64,000 nucleotides of DNA from a virus (taxonomy: Duplodnaviria; Heunggongvirae; Uroviricota; Caudoviricetes): IMG/VR virus record IMGVR_UViG_3300027744_000008, one strand, 5' to 3'. Shown here piece after piece: positions 20,101 through 28,297 of the stretch. The notes under the pieces are model-generated. The model saw only the letters and a list, made by a program, of their open reading frames with translations. It searched no databases and was not told the origin of the DNA. How positions within the stretch are numbered: position 1 is the stretch's first letter; every line of letters starts with the position of its first letter. Both the position numbers and the translations under genes were made by a program.

Positions 20101-21465
20101 ATAGCAACTAGTGTTGTTGTCACTGGATTAACAACATTTGCCTACACAAATAACGGAACTAATGTTGGCAGTACCGGGGGAACAGGTAGTGTTTATATTG
20201 GAGCAACAGGTATTGCTCTTGGAACTACAGCAAGCAACGGTGATACAGCACTAATATTTGTCAGCACCACGGGTGTTAGAGCAGGCATGTTAGTACAAAG
20301 TGCCGCCAGCGTACCTGCAGGCACTACAGTCGTTGGCGTTGACGCTACTAGAGTATATCTAAGCGCAGCCTTAACTGGCACAATTACCAGTGGTGTTGCC
20401 ATAATTTTTACCAATACCAATACCAGTTTAGGTATTAGCACAGGTGATCAAATTACCATTGCTAGCTCAACAGTGACTAATTTAGATGGTACTTGGCCAG
20501 TTACCAGTGCAGGTGCAACTTCAACAACATTCAACGTTAAAGTTACCACTGCTGTTACACAGACAAATGTTGCTCGAGTAGGCACCATAGTAAGAATTAA
20601 CAATTTGCTGTTGAAGAATAGAACTGTGACATTGGGCAGTTCAGAAGCCAGTGCTAGTCCTGTAGCAGCAACGCTCAAAGGTGAAAATGCTGTAGGTACT
20701 GATGTTGCAGGAGCAGCTTTAACTGTTCGACCAGGTTTATCAACTGGCAGTGCCACAGGCGCTGTGATCAACTTCCAAACAGGCACTACGAGTACTACTG
20801 GTGATACTACTCAGACAGCTGTGACCAGAATGTCAGTGACTCAGAGTGCTGCCACTACCACATTAGATTTGACCACAGCAATGACCACAGCCAATGTGTT
20901 CAACACTATAGCAACCGCAGTCAATGCCTTTGGTGCTGCCACAGCAATCACAGTAGGTGCTAGTGGCGCAAATACATTTACATTGAATCACGGCACCATA
21001 GTTGGTAGTCAAACCACACAGAACGTATTCAATACCACGGCAACAACTGGCAATTTGTTTGGAGCAGCTACAACTACTAATATTTCTACAACTGCTGCCA
21101 CTGCTAATACAACACTAGTTGGTCCTGCAATTACTAATAATACATTTAGAATAAACGGTACTACCATTGGTACTATTAACTTAACATCACCTGTGACCAC
21201 TGGCATCGTTAATCTCTATACTGGTACTACCACTGGTACTATCAACGTGGGTAGCACTGCCGCAGGAAAAGTTGCCATAGCATTCAACACAGCAAGTACA
21301 ACATCAACCACGGGTGCGCTGACTGTCTCAGGTGGTGTTGGAGTTACTGGTAATGTTTATGTTGGTTCAGCCAGTAGAGTTGGTTTTGTAAATGCCAGCA
21401 ATGTTAGTGTGGTTTATCAGGTCTACAACAGTGTGGCCAATAGTTTAGATACGGTGTTCGGATAA
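14155..21465 (+). CDS. Giant tail fibre/spike protein, paralogous beta-helix-like domain
   Basis: 2436 aa. N-terminal IKHRRS...P...DVAEFAFNT.DG fibre-start motif; SPYIQNCS, KSMVANAFT and HTWEYAGSG motifs; repeated HG(F/L)..GD.V modules. Confidence 0.8.
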   Translation: MATKIKHRRSSVSGNVPTAGQIDVAEFAFNTTDGSIFIKNEASDIIDVTANLYKKNTSIALTDTGTDGTITMKADGTTTFEATSTLTSIKQNTSIENANELRLKELTSNGTDYVGLKSPDSLASSYTFTLPTTNGTLGQLMSTDGDGQLYFSDPDTFGGNRVYVSASKGNDANDGLTKPVLTIKRACQIASGLVYTSGGAVNGQRVNVIVAAGSYTEQNPVIIPDNVTIKGDSLRSVIIRPANANQDMLRVRNGCYFGEFTFRDGLSGSTPTFTFSYSVAFDDPLDVTVDRTLYTYLPSTKPLITQSPYIQNCSIISFLGGNGVLVDGSKVITPNTSATQIEAENPVSGAAPDQGKSMVANAFTMLSFGGTGWRLINDAYAQIVSCFQIFMLNGVYTQSGGYCSITNSATNFGLYALRASGYSPNAFAFDKGYIGTTGTIGSTQTITAFGWTREDGPINEFVIRLYDPSTTADLTSTYKTTLPGYVSESFDAATDVNTTTNVFTITSHGFLNGDTVSYDSNGGTEISPIFNGEVFYIGYLTGNTFKLFYDDSLTREVNILSVGVGTQSFNTQDYEMYVDEVTETHNQFQTLTLDAGSPSGYSFTIGDTIEGTTGAFPNNAFVYSYDAGTRQLVVCLNPVTIGLTETRNNFTTSSQITSVAGVAASYFMTTSVVSRTDLYGADFEIQPTIVGGAFTSIATLPGKQIWFHRPSITNSSAHTWEYAGSGTDYNALPQNGGKGIPAYEQVSQGTGKVYTSGTNELGDFKVGNFITAFNRTGNVTFTNKITVDTLDVLKLGVGGVTVESISIDPELGLNETGGPKDSRISTQLAVYSYNQIHLGNVIDKNVSTNAVPGSLVQLNSNGQINSDLIPTSRSFSSFSSAGINSRLDHSDNIPAGDVLSGDIAVEAFYQQELTIDNPITAEVGTAVIQTTANTATTSITSTINSFTVTHAGTLANSTYVLIEGVTPTAYNGVWLINRAIAGSFTVFTNINPGTASVQGTIYYGGASGRLKGSYTAATSIIVGSVFSNFNTPFVTGASTLIIGTDRTPSDTNTAVTVSIASAASTSSLNYFLNVGTYSQYLVLENSATPTFTNGSISAALRYSNVGYITTSLAHNFSTGNEVKVNATTDNFDGTGYVTVISSTDFSYSNSGTDTTATATTTSTATLVAVTGTSTTGSVATAGLTGTITLGDYVFGATLPYGAKVTVVNMAVDPRTFTIAWPTSATVTGTSTAALTFVTPVSETGTVRSVLTAADSSSQGEFTELRSGVLTSVNNLSGLTGGSSYVAGIYSRVPLTNQTVATTSISSTATVATITHGTTVINTFVTGSQVVIAGTTASSGSAGQYNGTWTVTTGASGSFTITGTFTNTATASVQGTVASGVGECALAAITVSGAGAVTDVDLVFGGANYAVGSTLTTSNAYLGGAGSGFKITTTAIEKRAYVKLFGGQTFIATPGAPDFVEENASVTDTADATTTVVATFDAQSTGAGGGVNTVLNRITTLAPHGFSTGDPVLYNPGVDPAIGGLTSGAIYFAKTIDPSTIELYTNYGVSTIIVLATSTGAGHTFTRKTIDIINNTVTIPAHGFNTGDAFRITGSDLPYISSVQITSGDHYFVGSVTTNSFSIHELRSDALDSVSGVTINALNITATGSGTFTITKNNIKVTATVNTSSTFSDNWNSLTTSTIDASSIISGIISTSRLASGSASSSTFLRGDSTWSPVVQTAVLAASSALTLTGTGVGPYTGALTFDVVKADKTGGSGGYSTTGVASFNTTQFSVGTGDSLTAGQVLIKAGVIDAGTLDTYDSSYFLNPSNLTSAVPVNKGGTNLTSYAVGDTLYASGSTTINTLAIGVADTVMTSTGSAPQWSPALTIAKNISVSGADVTTSSTGATKVFNTNSTALNLAGAANNVYIGSSTASQSLSNSVKSYTTAGSSSTTVTVNVGLTASISLMARATNSASIATSSNHGLFSGDVVTVVCTSDTSFTSIATSVVVTGLTTFAYTNNGTNVGSTGGTGSVYIGATGIALGTTASNGDTALIFVSTTGVRAGMLVQSAASVPAGTTVVGVDATRVYLSAALTGTITSGVAIIFTNTNTSLGISTGDQITIASSTVTNLDGTWPVTSAGATSTTFNVKVTTAVTQTNVARVGTIVRINNLLLKNRTVTLGSSEASASPVAATLKGENAVGTDVAGAALTVRPGLSTGSATGAVINFQTGTTSTTGDTTQTAVTRMSVTQSAATTTLDLTTAMTTANVFNTIATAVNAFGAATAITVGASGANTFTLNHGTIVGSQTTQNVFNTTATTGNLFGAATTTNISTTAATANTTLVGPAITNNTFRINGTTIGTINLTSPVTTGIVNLYTGTTTGTINVGSTAAGKVAIAFNTASTTSTTGALTVSGGVGVTGNVYVGSASRVGFVNASNVSVVYQVYNSVANSLDTVFG

Positions 21466-23156
21466 TGTCTAGACTTCTTAGCACAGGAACATTGATTGTC
21501 AACGGTGAGTTTGACGAAGTTACGTCTATAGCACCGTTAAAGTTTCGCACAACATCAAATACGGTGTTTGCCAGTGAGTTCGATGAATTCACAGGGGCAC
21601 CTGTTGTAGACTCTAGTTTAAAACTTTGGTTGGATGCTGGCCAGACTACTAGTTATTCGGGCTCTGGTTCAACTTGGACTGATTTAAGCGGTAATGGTAA
21701 CAACGGTACCATAGTAAATAGTCCAACATATTCTACTGACAACGGTGGATATTTTAGTTTTGGAAGTGGTGGATCACAAAGAACTAGTTTTGCCTATCAA
21801 ACACCAGTACAATCGGCTTCTACAGCCTTCACATGGAACATATGGGTATATCCTGTCGCTAATCAAGATGGATATGTTCTCATGGGCTATAGAGGAACCA
21901 CCCCTTTACAATTCTACAAATTAACCACCCAGAAATTTGAGATGTATCCAGCTGAAATATTTTATCTGTTTACTCTGAATGTCTGGCAAAATATATGTGT
22001 AACTTATGATGGCACACAAAGTGGAACAGCTAATATGAAGATGTATGTAAATGGTATACAAGTAGGATTACGAGATGCTGACCAACCAGATTTTTCGCCT
22101 AGCACCATGCCATTTTATGTAGGAGGAGATCCTATTGCCAGTGAATTTGCTACCGCAAGGATTAGCCAAGTTATGGTATACGACCGTGCTCTATCCACAG
22201 CTGAAATTGTACAAAATTATAATGCATTACAAAGTAGATATGAATTATCAGCTGTAACAGCAACTCAAATGCCAGTGGTTCAAAGACAACAGAGTTCAGG
22301 AACTTTATTGGTCAATGGTGAATTTGAAGAGTATGATATACTTAGTAACAGTAACACGTTTACAACAAATGATCTGTTTGTTGTACCTGCTGGTGTAACC
22401 AGTATCTCTGCTGTTGCCGTTGGCGGCGGAGGTGGAGGTGGAGGTGGAACAGACGGTAGTAATGGTGGTGGTGGTGGTGGCGGGGGTGCTTTAGCGTATG
22501 TCAATAGTATAGCAGTAACACCTGGAGAAACATTAACAGTAGTGGTAGGTGCAATTGGTGCTGGTGGAGCAGGATTAAATGTTGGAACTTCTGGTGGACT
22601 TTCTAGTATTGCAAGATCTGCTACAATTTTATTACAAGCAAATGGTGGAACAAGAGGTAATTGTTTTGCAATTAATGGAAATAATAATGGTGGTGCTGGT
22701 GGAATAGTAGTAACTGGCTCAGGTGGTGCTGGTGGTGCTGGTGGTGCTGGTACTAGTTTTGGTGGTGGTGGTGCAGGTGGTGCAGGTGGATATTCAGGTA
22801 ATGGGGGTGGTGGTGGACTTAGTGGGAATCAAGGGAGCGATGGTACTGGTGGTGGTGGTGGTGGCGGATATGGAGCAAACAGTCGGGGTGGTGGCGGTGG
22901 TGGAGTCGGAATTAATGGAGTTGGATCAAATGGAACTGCTGGACTAAGCGATGCTGCTCCCGGAAGTGGTGGTTCTAACGGATCCTCTGGGACTACAGGT
23001 GCCCTCACTGGTATAGGTGGAAATTTTGGTGGTGGTGGTGGTGGTGGTGCAGACGTTTCAACAGGTACAGGTGGTAATGGTGCTGGAGGTGCAGTAAAAA
23101 TATTTTATAATGCTGGTGGAGGAAGTAATCCTACATTTCCAGCTCTTTTGTTTTAA
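21465..23156 (+). CDS. LamG/concanavalin-like domain plus Gly-rich domain protein (putative receptor-binding)
   Basis: LKLWLDAG...SY.GSGSTWTDLSGNGN and YDRALS..EI.QNYNA LamG-type motifs; C-terminal VPAGVTSISAVAVGGGGGG Gly-rich domain; TAATG coupling to upstream gene. Confidence 0.75.
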   Translation: MSRLLSTGTLIVNGEFDEVTSIAPLKFRTTSNTVFASEFDEFTGAPVVDSSLKLWLDAGQTTSYSGSGSTWTDLSGNGNNGTIVNSPTYSTDNGGYFSFGSGGSQRTSFAYQTPVQSASTAFTWNIWVYPVANQDGYVLMGYRGTTPLQFYKLTTQKFEMYPAEIFYLFTLNVWQNICVTYDGTQSGTANMKMYVNGIQVGLRDADQPDFSPSTMPFYVGGDPIASEFATARISQVMVYDRALSTAEIVQNYNALQSRYELSAVTATQMPVVQRQQSSGTLLVNGEFEEYDILSNSNTFTTNDLFVVPAGVTSISAVAVGGGGGGGGGTDGSNGGGGGGGGALAYVNSIAVTPGETLTVVVGAIGAGGAGLNVGTSGGLSSIARSATILLQANGGTRGNCFAINGNNNGGAGGIVVTGSGGAGGAGGAGTSFGGGGAGGAGGYSGNGGGGGLSGNQGSDGTGGGGGGGYGANSRGGGGGGVGINGVGSNGTAGLSDAAPGSGGSNGSSGTTGALTGIGGNFGGGGGGGADVSTGTGGNGAGGAVKIFYNAGGGSNPTFPALLF

Positions 23157-23177
23157 ATATTAAGGTAGATATAATAA

Positions 23178-26100
23178 ATGGCTAAACTAAACTCAGGAAC
23201 AAGAATATACGGAACGGCAACAGTTGATTCCACACTGACGCTACAGGACCTAGTGACATCTGCTGTCACGGCCAACATAGCAAATACCACATCAACAACA
23301 GTCAATGCGTTTGGTGTGGCCACTGCTATAAATCTTGCAGCCACAGCAGCCGCCGCAACTACACTGACAGTGGGATCATCTAGTAAAGATAATACGTTAA
23401 CTATCAACGGTAACAGCACCACTGGCACTGCCACACTAACATCAAATGTGACCACTGGTACAACAAGCATTTTTACCACGGGTCAACTTATTAGTATTGG
23501 TTCAACTTCTGGTACATTGACAGTTAACAATGCCCTAACAATATTCAACAGCACCAAATCAATACAATTACCAGTTGGCAATACAGCAGCCAGACCCACA
23601 GCAGCAGCTGGACAAATTAGATATAACAGTGAACTTAGCACATTTGAAGGCTATGGGGCAGCATGGGGCAGTCTAGGCGGTGTTAAATCAGTTGATGGAT
23701 TGACCTACATTATTCCGGAAACAACGCCAGGCGCCAGCAATGGTGAACTAGAATTCTACGCTGAAGATGCTACTGGTTTAGCAACTGTAAAGGTCGGCGG
23801 TTGGAATTACACACGATTATTGGTATCAAACACCACAGAATCAACTGCATATACAGACGGTGCTCTAATTGTATCAGGTGGTGTGGGCATTGCCAAGAAA
23901 TTATTTGTACAAGGTGCTGCCACATTCAACACTAGTATATCATCCGGCGGTAATATCACACTCACTGCTGCCACACCAACTATTAACTTTAATAACACTG
24001 CACCCACTATTGCAACCAATAGTTCAGGCAGTACTGCAAGTATATTTGATACTAATGTGACAACTGGCCAACTATTCAGTGCAGGTACATCAGTGACCAT
24101 TGGTGCTACCACTGGCACATTGAATCTACGTAATGTGACTATCACTGCGGCCAATGCCACTGCATTTAATATCAACGGAGCAAATCCAAGTATTGCCAGC
24201 ACAGATACCGGTACTGCCTCAGTGTTCAATGCCAACATTACTACGGTTAATTTTGGTCAAGCAGCAGATATATCAATGAGTGCCGTGGGAAAAACAGTCA
24301 CAGTACGAGGCGCTCTAACAGTCAATGGTAATACTACACTGGGTGATGCCAGTGGAGACAGTGTAATATATACTGCCAGCACTGGTACCGTGACAACTAC
24401 CCACGCTTTCACCAACAACGACGCTGGCACAAACACAGTAGTTTATCCAATTAAATTTGCACATACCCTATCATCGGGTACAGCCGCAGCGGGCATTGGA
24501 TCAGGATTCCAATTCACCGCACCAAATGCAAGTGGCAGTGCGATCGCAGGCGGCAGCATTGAAGCAGTTTCAACCAACGTAACTGCTACATCAGAAGCAT
24601 ATGACGTTGTTGTCCGTGCCTACACTGCGGGATCAAGTGGGACCGTATTAAAAGCCAACGGTACCTCACTGGAAGTTGGCGCAAGTAACACTAATACCAC
24701 TGTTAGATCTAACGGAACTGGAACACTAACAGTAACAGCTGGCACCACAGGTGCTAGTAGTGCTGGTGCAATAGTGACAGTCACCGGCGGTGCAGGTGGC
24801 TCAACTACTGGTGCAGGTGGTCAAGGCGTATTTAAAGGCGGCGATGGTACTACTTCAAGTGCAGGCGGAGTGGCCACACTCAAAGGTGGTGCAGCAGTGG
24901 GTACAAACATCACTGGTGCAAACACTGTAATCGAAGCAGGTAATGGTACTGGCACCGGCGGTTCAGGCAGTATTATCTTAAGAACAGCAGGTGCAGGTTC
25001 AAGCGGCGCAGTAGCAGATACAATGACTGATAGGTTGACTATCAGTAACACAGGTAATATTACTTTTGCCGGTGCAGTGACCATCGGCGGGGACCTAACA
25101 GTTAATGGAACTGTTACAACTATTAACTCAAGCACAGTTACCATTGATGATAAAAATATTGAGCTGGCCAGTGTTGTTGGGCTCAGTGGACTAACAGTTA
25201 CTCTAACCAACGGTAGTGCAACGGTCACATTCATTGGTTCAAGTACAACTACAGGTTTACTAGCGGGCCAAACACTAACAATCTCCACCACGCAAACTGG
25301 TAGTCCAGCATTTGCTGTTGGTGCAACTATTCAAAGTGTTGACAGTCTAACAGTGGTAACAATGACTGGTAATACCACTGGTACCAGTGGTAATGTAACT
25401 GTTAGCTCAAGCGGCAGTTCAGATGCCACAGCAGATGGCGGCGGTATTACAGTTAAAGGTGCCACAGATAAGACTTGGAGTTATGTAAACTCAACAACTG
25501 CTTGGACCAGTAATCAAAATATTGATGCTGCATCGGGAAAAACATACAAAATAAATGGTACCGATGTACTCAGCGCAAGTGCCGTGCTACAAAATTCAGC
25601 CACATCCAGTATTGGTGCAACAGGCAGTGCAGCCACAGTGAATATTGGATCTACTAGTAACAACAATATATTAAACATTTATGCTAATGGTACCACTGGT
25701 ACAGCCACACTAGGTACTAATGTAACCAACGGAACGGTCACTGTATTTGCAGGTGTGACCAACATTATTAATTACAGTGAAGCAGCAACTACTATTACCG
25801 TGGGCAATACTGCAACAGCGGCACAGAGTGTTAGCATGTTCACCGCCAGCACTGGTTCAAGCACCTATAACTTTGCCACAGGTGCTACACTCAATGGAAA
25901 TACCAAAGCCATTAACATTGGCACTGCCGGTGTAAGTGGAAGTACATCAAATATCAGTATCAACTCTACAGTAAGTGGCGCACTTGGAACTACAACGATT
26001 GGTGGTGCAACACTAACAGTATCAACCCCAACAAGTATTAACTTAGGAACTGGCACTAGTGCTCTTACTACAACCACAGTTGGCGGCGCTATCACAGGAA

Positions 26101-27602
26101 ATATATTAAAGATTGCCGGTGTCGCAGCGGGCATTGCTAATATTACAACAGATGTAACCAGTGGTACATTTAATATTGCTCAAAGTGTAACTGGTACTGT
26201 GGCCATTGGTGCAAGTGGTACTGTGCAATTAGGTACAAGTGCAAGTGTAACTACAATAGCACAAGTTGGCGGTGCCGTTGATGGTAATACCTTAAAAATT
26301 GCTGGTACCGCAACGGGAACTACCAGCGGTATTACAACAGATGTAACCTCAGGTACATTTAACATTGCACAATCAGTAACTGGAACAGTAAAAATTGGAT
26401 CTAGTGGCACTGTGCAATTAGGCACTAGTGCAAGTGTAGTAACTATTGCTCAAGTTGGTGGTGCCATTGATGGTAATACATTAAAGATTGCCGGTACCGC
26501 AGCGGGAACAACCAGTGGCATTACCACAGACGTAACCACAGGTACATTCAATATTGCACAATCAGTAACTGGTACTGTAAAAATTGGATCTAGCGGTACA
26601 GTTCAATTAGGAACTAGTGCAAGTGTAACCACAGTGGCACAAGTTGGCGGTGCAGTTGATGGCAATACCCTAAAGATTGCAGGCGTTGCTGCAGGTACAA
26701 CCAGTGGTATTACAACAGACGTAACCACAGGTACATTCAATATTGCACAATCAGTAACAGGCACTGTGAAGATTGGTCTAAGTGGTACGGTTCAATTAGG
26801 TACCAGTGCAAGCGTAGTAACTACAGCTCAAGTTGGCGGGGCTGTCACAGGTAATATTCTAAAGATTGCAGGCGTTGCTGCAGGTACTGCCAACATAACA
26901 ACAGATGTCACAACTGGTACATTTAATATTTCTCAAAGTGTAACAGGCACTGTGGCCATTGGCCTAAGTGGCACTGTACAACTAGGTACAAGTGCAAGTG
27001 TAGCAACTACTGCTCAAGTTGGTGGTGCCGTCACAGGCAACATATTAAAAATTGCTGGCACTACTGGAGGCACAGTCAGCATAAGTTCTGATGTGACCAC
27101 AGGCACTGTAAGTTTATTCACAGGATTAACCACAGCAGTAATGACTGTTGGTAGCGCCGCAGCAGGTACATTGGCCATAGCATTCAACAAGGCCAGTACA
27201 AGCACTACAACAGGTGCAGTGACCATTGCCGGTGGACTTGGGGTGGCCGGTGCCGTTAATGCACAGACCAAGAGCTTTATTATTAATCACCCAACTAAAC
27301 CTGGCAAACTGCTGAAACATGGTAGCTTAGAAGGTCCTGAATTTGGTGTTTATGTACGTGGTCGTTGCCAAGGCAAATATATTCAACTTCCCGACTACTG
27401 GCTAGGCCTAGTTGCTGCCGATAGTGTAACAGTTGATCTAACACCTATCGGCAGTCATCAGAAATTATACGTAGAAAAGATAGAAGGCGACAAGGTTTAT
27501 ATTGCCAACGATGCACTATTTGGTAAATCAGTTGACTGTTACTATACAGTATGGGGCGCACGTAAAGATGTGGCTGCTCTAGAGATTGAGGCAGATGAGT
27601 AA
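23178..27602 (+). CDS. Long tail fibre protein
   Basis: 1474 aa. LPVGNTAARP...GQIRYNSE..FEGY motif; 62/63-aa tandem repeats; C-terminal KSFIINHP...HGSLEGPE domain typical of fibre ends. Confidence 0.8.
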   Translation: MAKLNSGTRIYGTATVDSTLTLQDLVTSAVTANIANTTSTTVNAFGVATAINLAATAAAATTLTVGSSSKDNTLTINGNSTTGTATLTSNVTTGTTSIFTTGQLISIGSTSGTLTVNNALTIFNSTKSIQLPVGNTAARPTAAAGQIRYNSELSTFEGYGAAWGSLGGVKSVDGLTYIIPETTPGASNGELEFYAEDATGLATVKVGGWNYTRLLVSNTTESTAYTDGALIVSGGVGIAKKLFVQGAATFNTSISSGGNITLTAATPTINFNNTAPTIATNSSGSTASIFDTNVTTGQLFSAGTSVTIGATTGTLNLRNVTITAANATAFNINGANPSIASTDTGTASVFNANITTVNFGQAADISMSAVGKTVTVRGALTVNGNTTLGDASGDSVIYTASTGTVTTTHAFTNNDAGTNTVVYPIKFAHTLSSGTAAAGIGSGFQFTAPNASGSAIAGGSIEAVSTNVTATSEAYDVVVRAYTAGSSGTVLKANGTSLEVGASNTNTTVRSNGTGTLTVTAGTTGASSAGAIVTVTGGAGGSTTGAGGQGVFKGGDGTTSSAGGVATLKGGAAVGTNITGANTVIEAGNGTGTGGSGSIILRTAGAGSSGAVADTMTDRLTISNTGNITFAGAVTIGGDLTVNGTVTTINSSTVTIDDKNIELASVVGLSGLTVTLTNGSATVTFIGSSTTTGLLAGQTLTISTTQTGSPAFAVGATIQSVDSLTVVTMTGNTTGTSGNVTVSSSGSSDATADGGGITVKGATDKTWSYVNSTTAWTSNQNIDAASGKTYKINGTDVLSASAVLQNSATSSIGATGSAATVNIGSTSNNNILNIYANGTTGTATLGTNVTNGTVTVFAGVTNIINYSEAATTITVGNTATAAQSVSMFTASTGSSTYNFATGATLNGNTKAINIGTAGVSGSTSNISINSTVSGALGTTTIGGATLTVSTPTSINLGTGTSALTTTTVGGAITGNILKIAGVAAGIANITTDVTSGTFNIAQSVTGTVAIGASGTVQLGTSASVTTIAQVGGAVDGNTLKIAGTATGTTSGITTDVTSGTFNIAQSVTGTVKIGSSGTVQLGTSASVVTIAQVGGAIDGNTLKIAGTAAGTTSGITTDVTTGTFNIAQSVTGTVKIGSSGTVQLGTSASVTTVAQVGGAVDGNTLKIAGVAAGTTSGITTDVTTGTFNIAQSVTGTVKIGLSGTVQLGTSASVVTTAQVGGAVTGNILKIAGVAAGTANITTDVTTGTFNISQSVTGTVAIGLSGTVQLGTSASVATTAQVGGAVTGNILKIAGTTGGTVSISSDVTTGTVSLFTGLTTAVMTVGSAAAGTLAIAFNKASTSTTTGAVTIAGGLGVAGAVNAQTKSFIINHPTKPGKLLKHGSLEGPEFGVYVRGRCQGKYIQLPDYWLGLVAADSVTVDLTPIGSHQKLYVEKIEGDKVYIANDALFGKSVDCYYTVWGARKDVAALEIEADE
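26079..27060 (+). repeat. Five-plus tandem 186/189-bp repeats (62-63 aa)
   Basis: VGGA unit starts at 26079, 26265, 26454, 26643, 26832 and 27018. Confidence 0.9.
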
Positions 27603-28297
27603 TGGGAGTTAACTATAACGCTAGAGTTGTAACTCGCGGATTAGTATTATACTTAGATGCGGCTAATCCTGCAAGCCTTCCTGTAAACTCTGCAATATGG
27701 AAAGATTTAACCACTGTGGGGTATACTGCGTATATTCGAGGAACACCGACAACCTCAACGTCATGCGGCGGCGCAGTAACAACACCACAAAACCAAACTA
27801 CAACTTATGTTGAGTTGCCCGAAGCTGCACTCCAGGCTCTGCCCAATGGATTGACTTGGACAATGGAATGGGCATTGACTATACTATCGCATGACGGCAC
27901 ACGATATGGCCCGCATATGACAGTCTCCGGTGGTAACGATTTTAGCTGGCAGTGGTCAACAACAGATAGCCAGCTGTTTGCTAGCTCACTAACGTCTGGT
28001 ACAAATCCACCTTGGACACTGAATGTTCCTGCAAATTACACACTTACTAGAAACGACTCGGTTTGGAGAATATACAAGGATGGTGTATTTGCTGCCGAAT
28101 ATTCTTTATCTACAACTGATACTAGATTAATTCAGGGCTGGATATTAGACCAAGAAGCTGACGGATTAAAAGGATCATTTGATCCGGCTCAAAATTTACA
28201 TGCAAACTGGCACTACATTAAATTGTACAATAGTGTGCTAACAGATGCAGAAATTTTAGAAAACTTTATTGCATTTAGAGGACGATTTGGATTATGA
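27602..28297 (+). CDS. LamG-like lectin/glucanase-fold protein
   Basis: GLVLYLDAANP.S..W.DL N-terminus; LYNSVLT..EI.ENF...RGRFGL C-terminus. Confidence 0.7.
   Translation: MGVNYNARVVTRGLVLYLDAANPASLPVNSAIWKDLTTVGYTAYIRGTPTTSTSCGGAVTTPQNQTTTYVELPEAALQALPNGLTWTMEWALTILSHDGTRYGPHMTVSGGNDFSWQWSTTDSQLFASSLTSGTNPPWTLNVPANYTLTRNDSVWRIYKDGVFAAEYSLSTTDTRLIQGWILDQEADGLKGSFDPAQNLHANWHYIKLYNSVLTDAEILENFIAFRGRFGL

Noticed and set aside
26079-27060. CRISPR-like or non-coding repeat array
   Set aside because: Periods are multiples of 3, in frame within a fibre gene, with no constant repeat and unique spacer structure.
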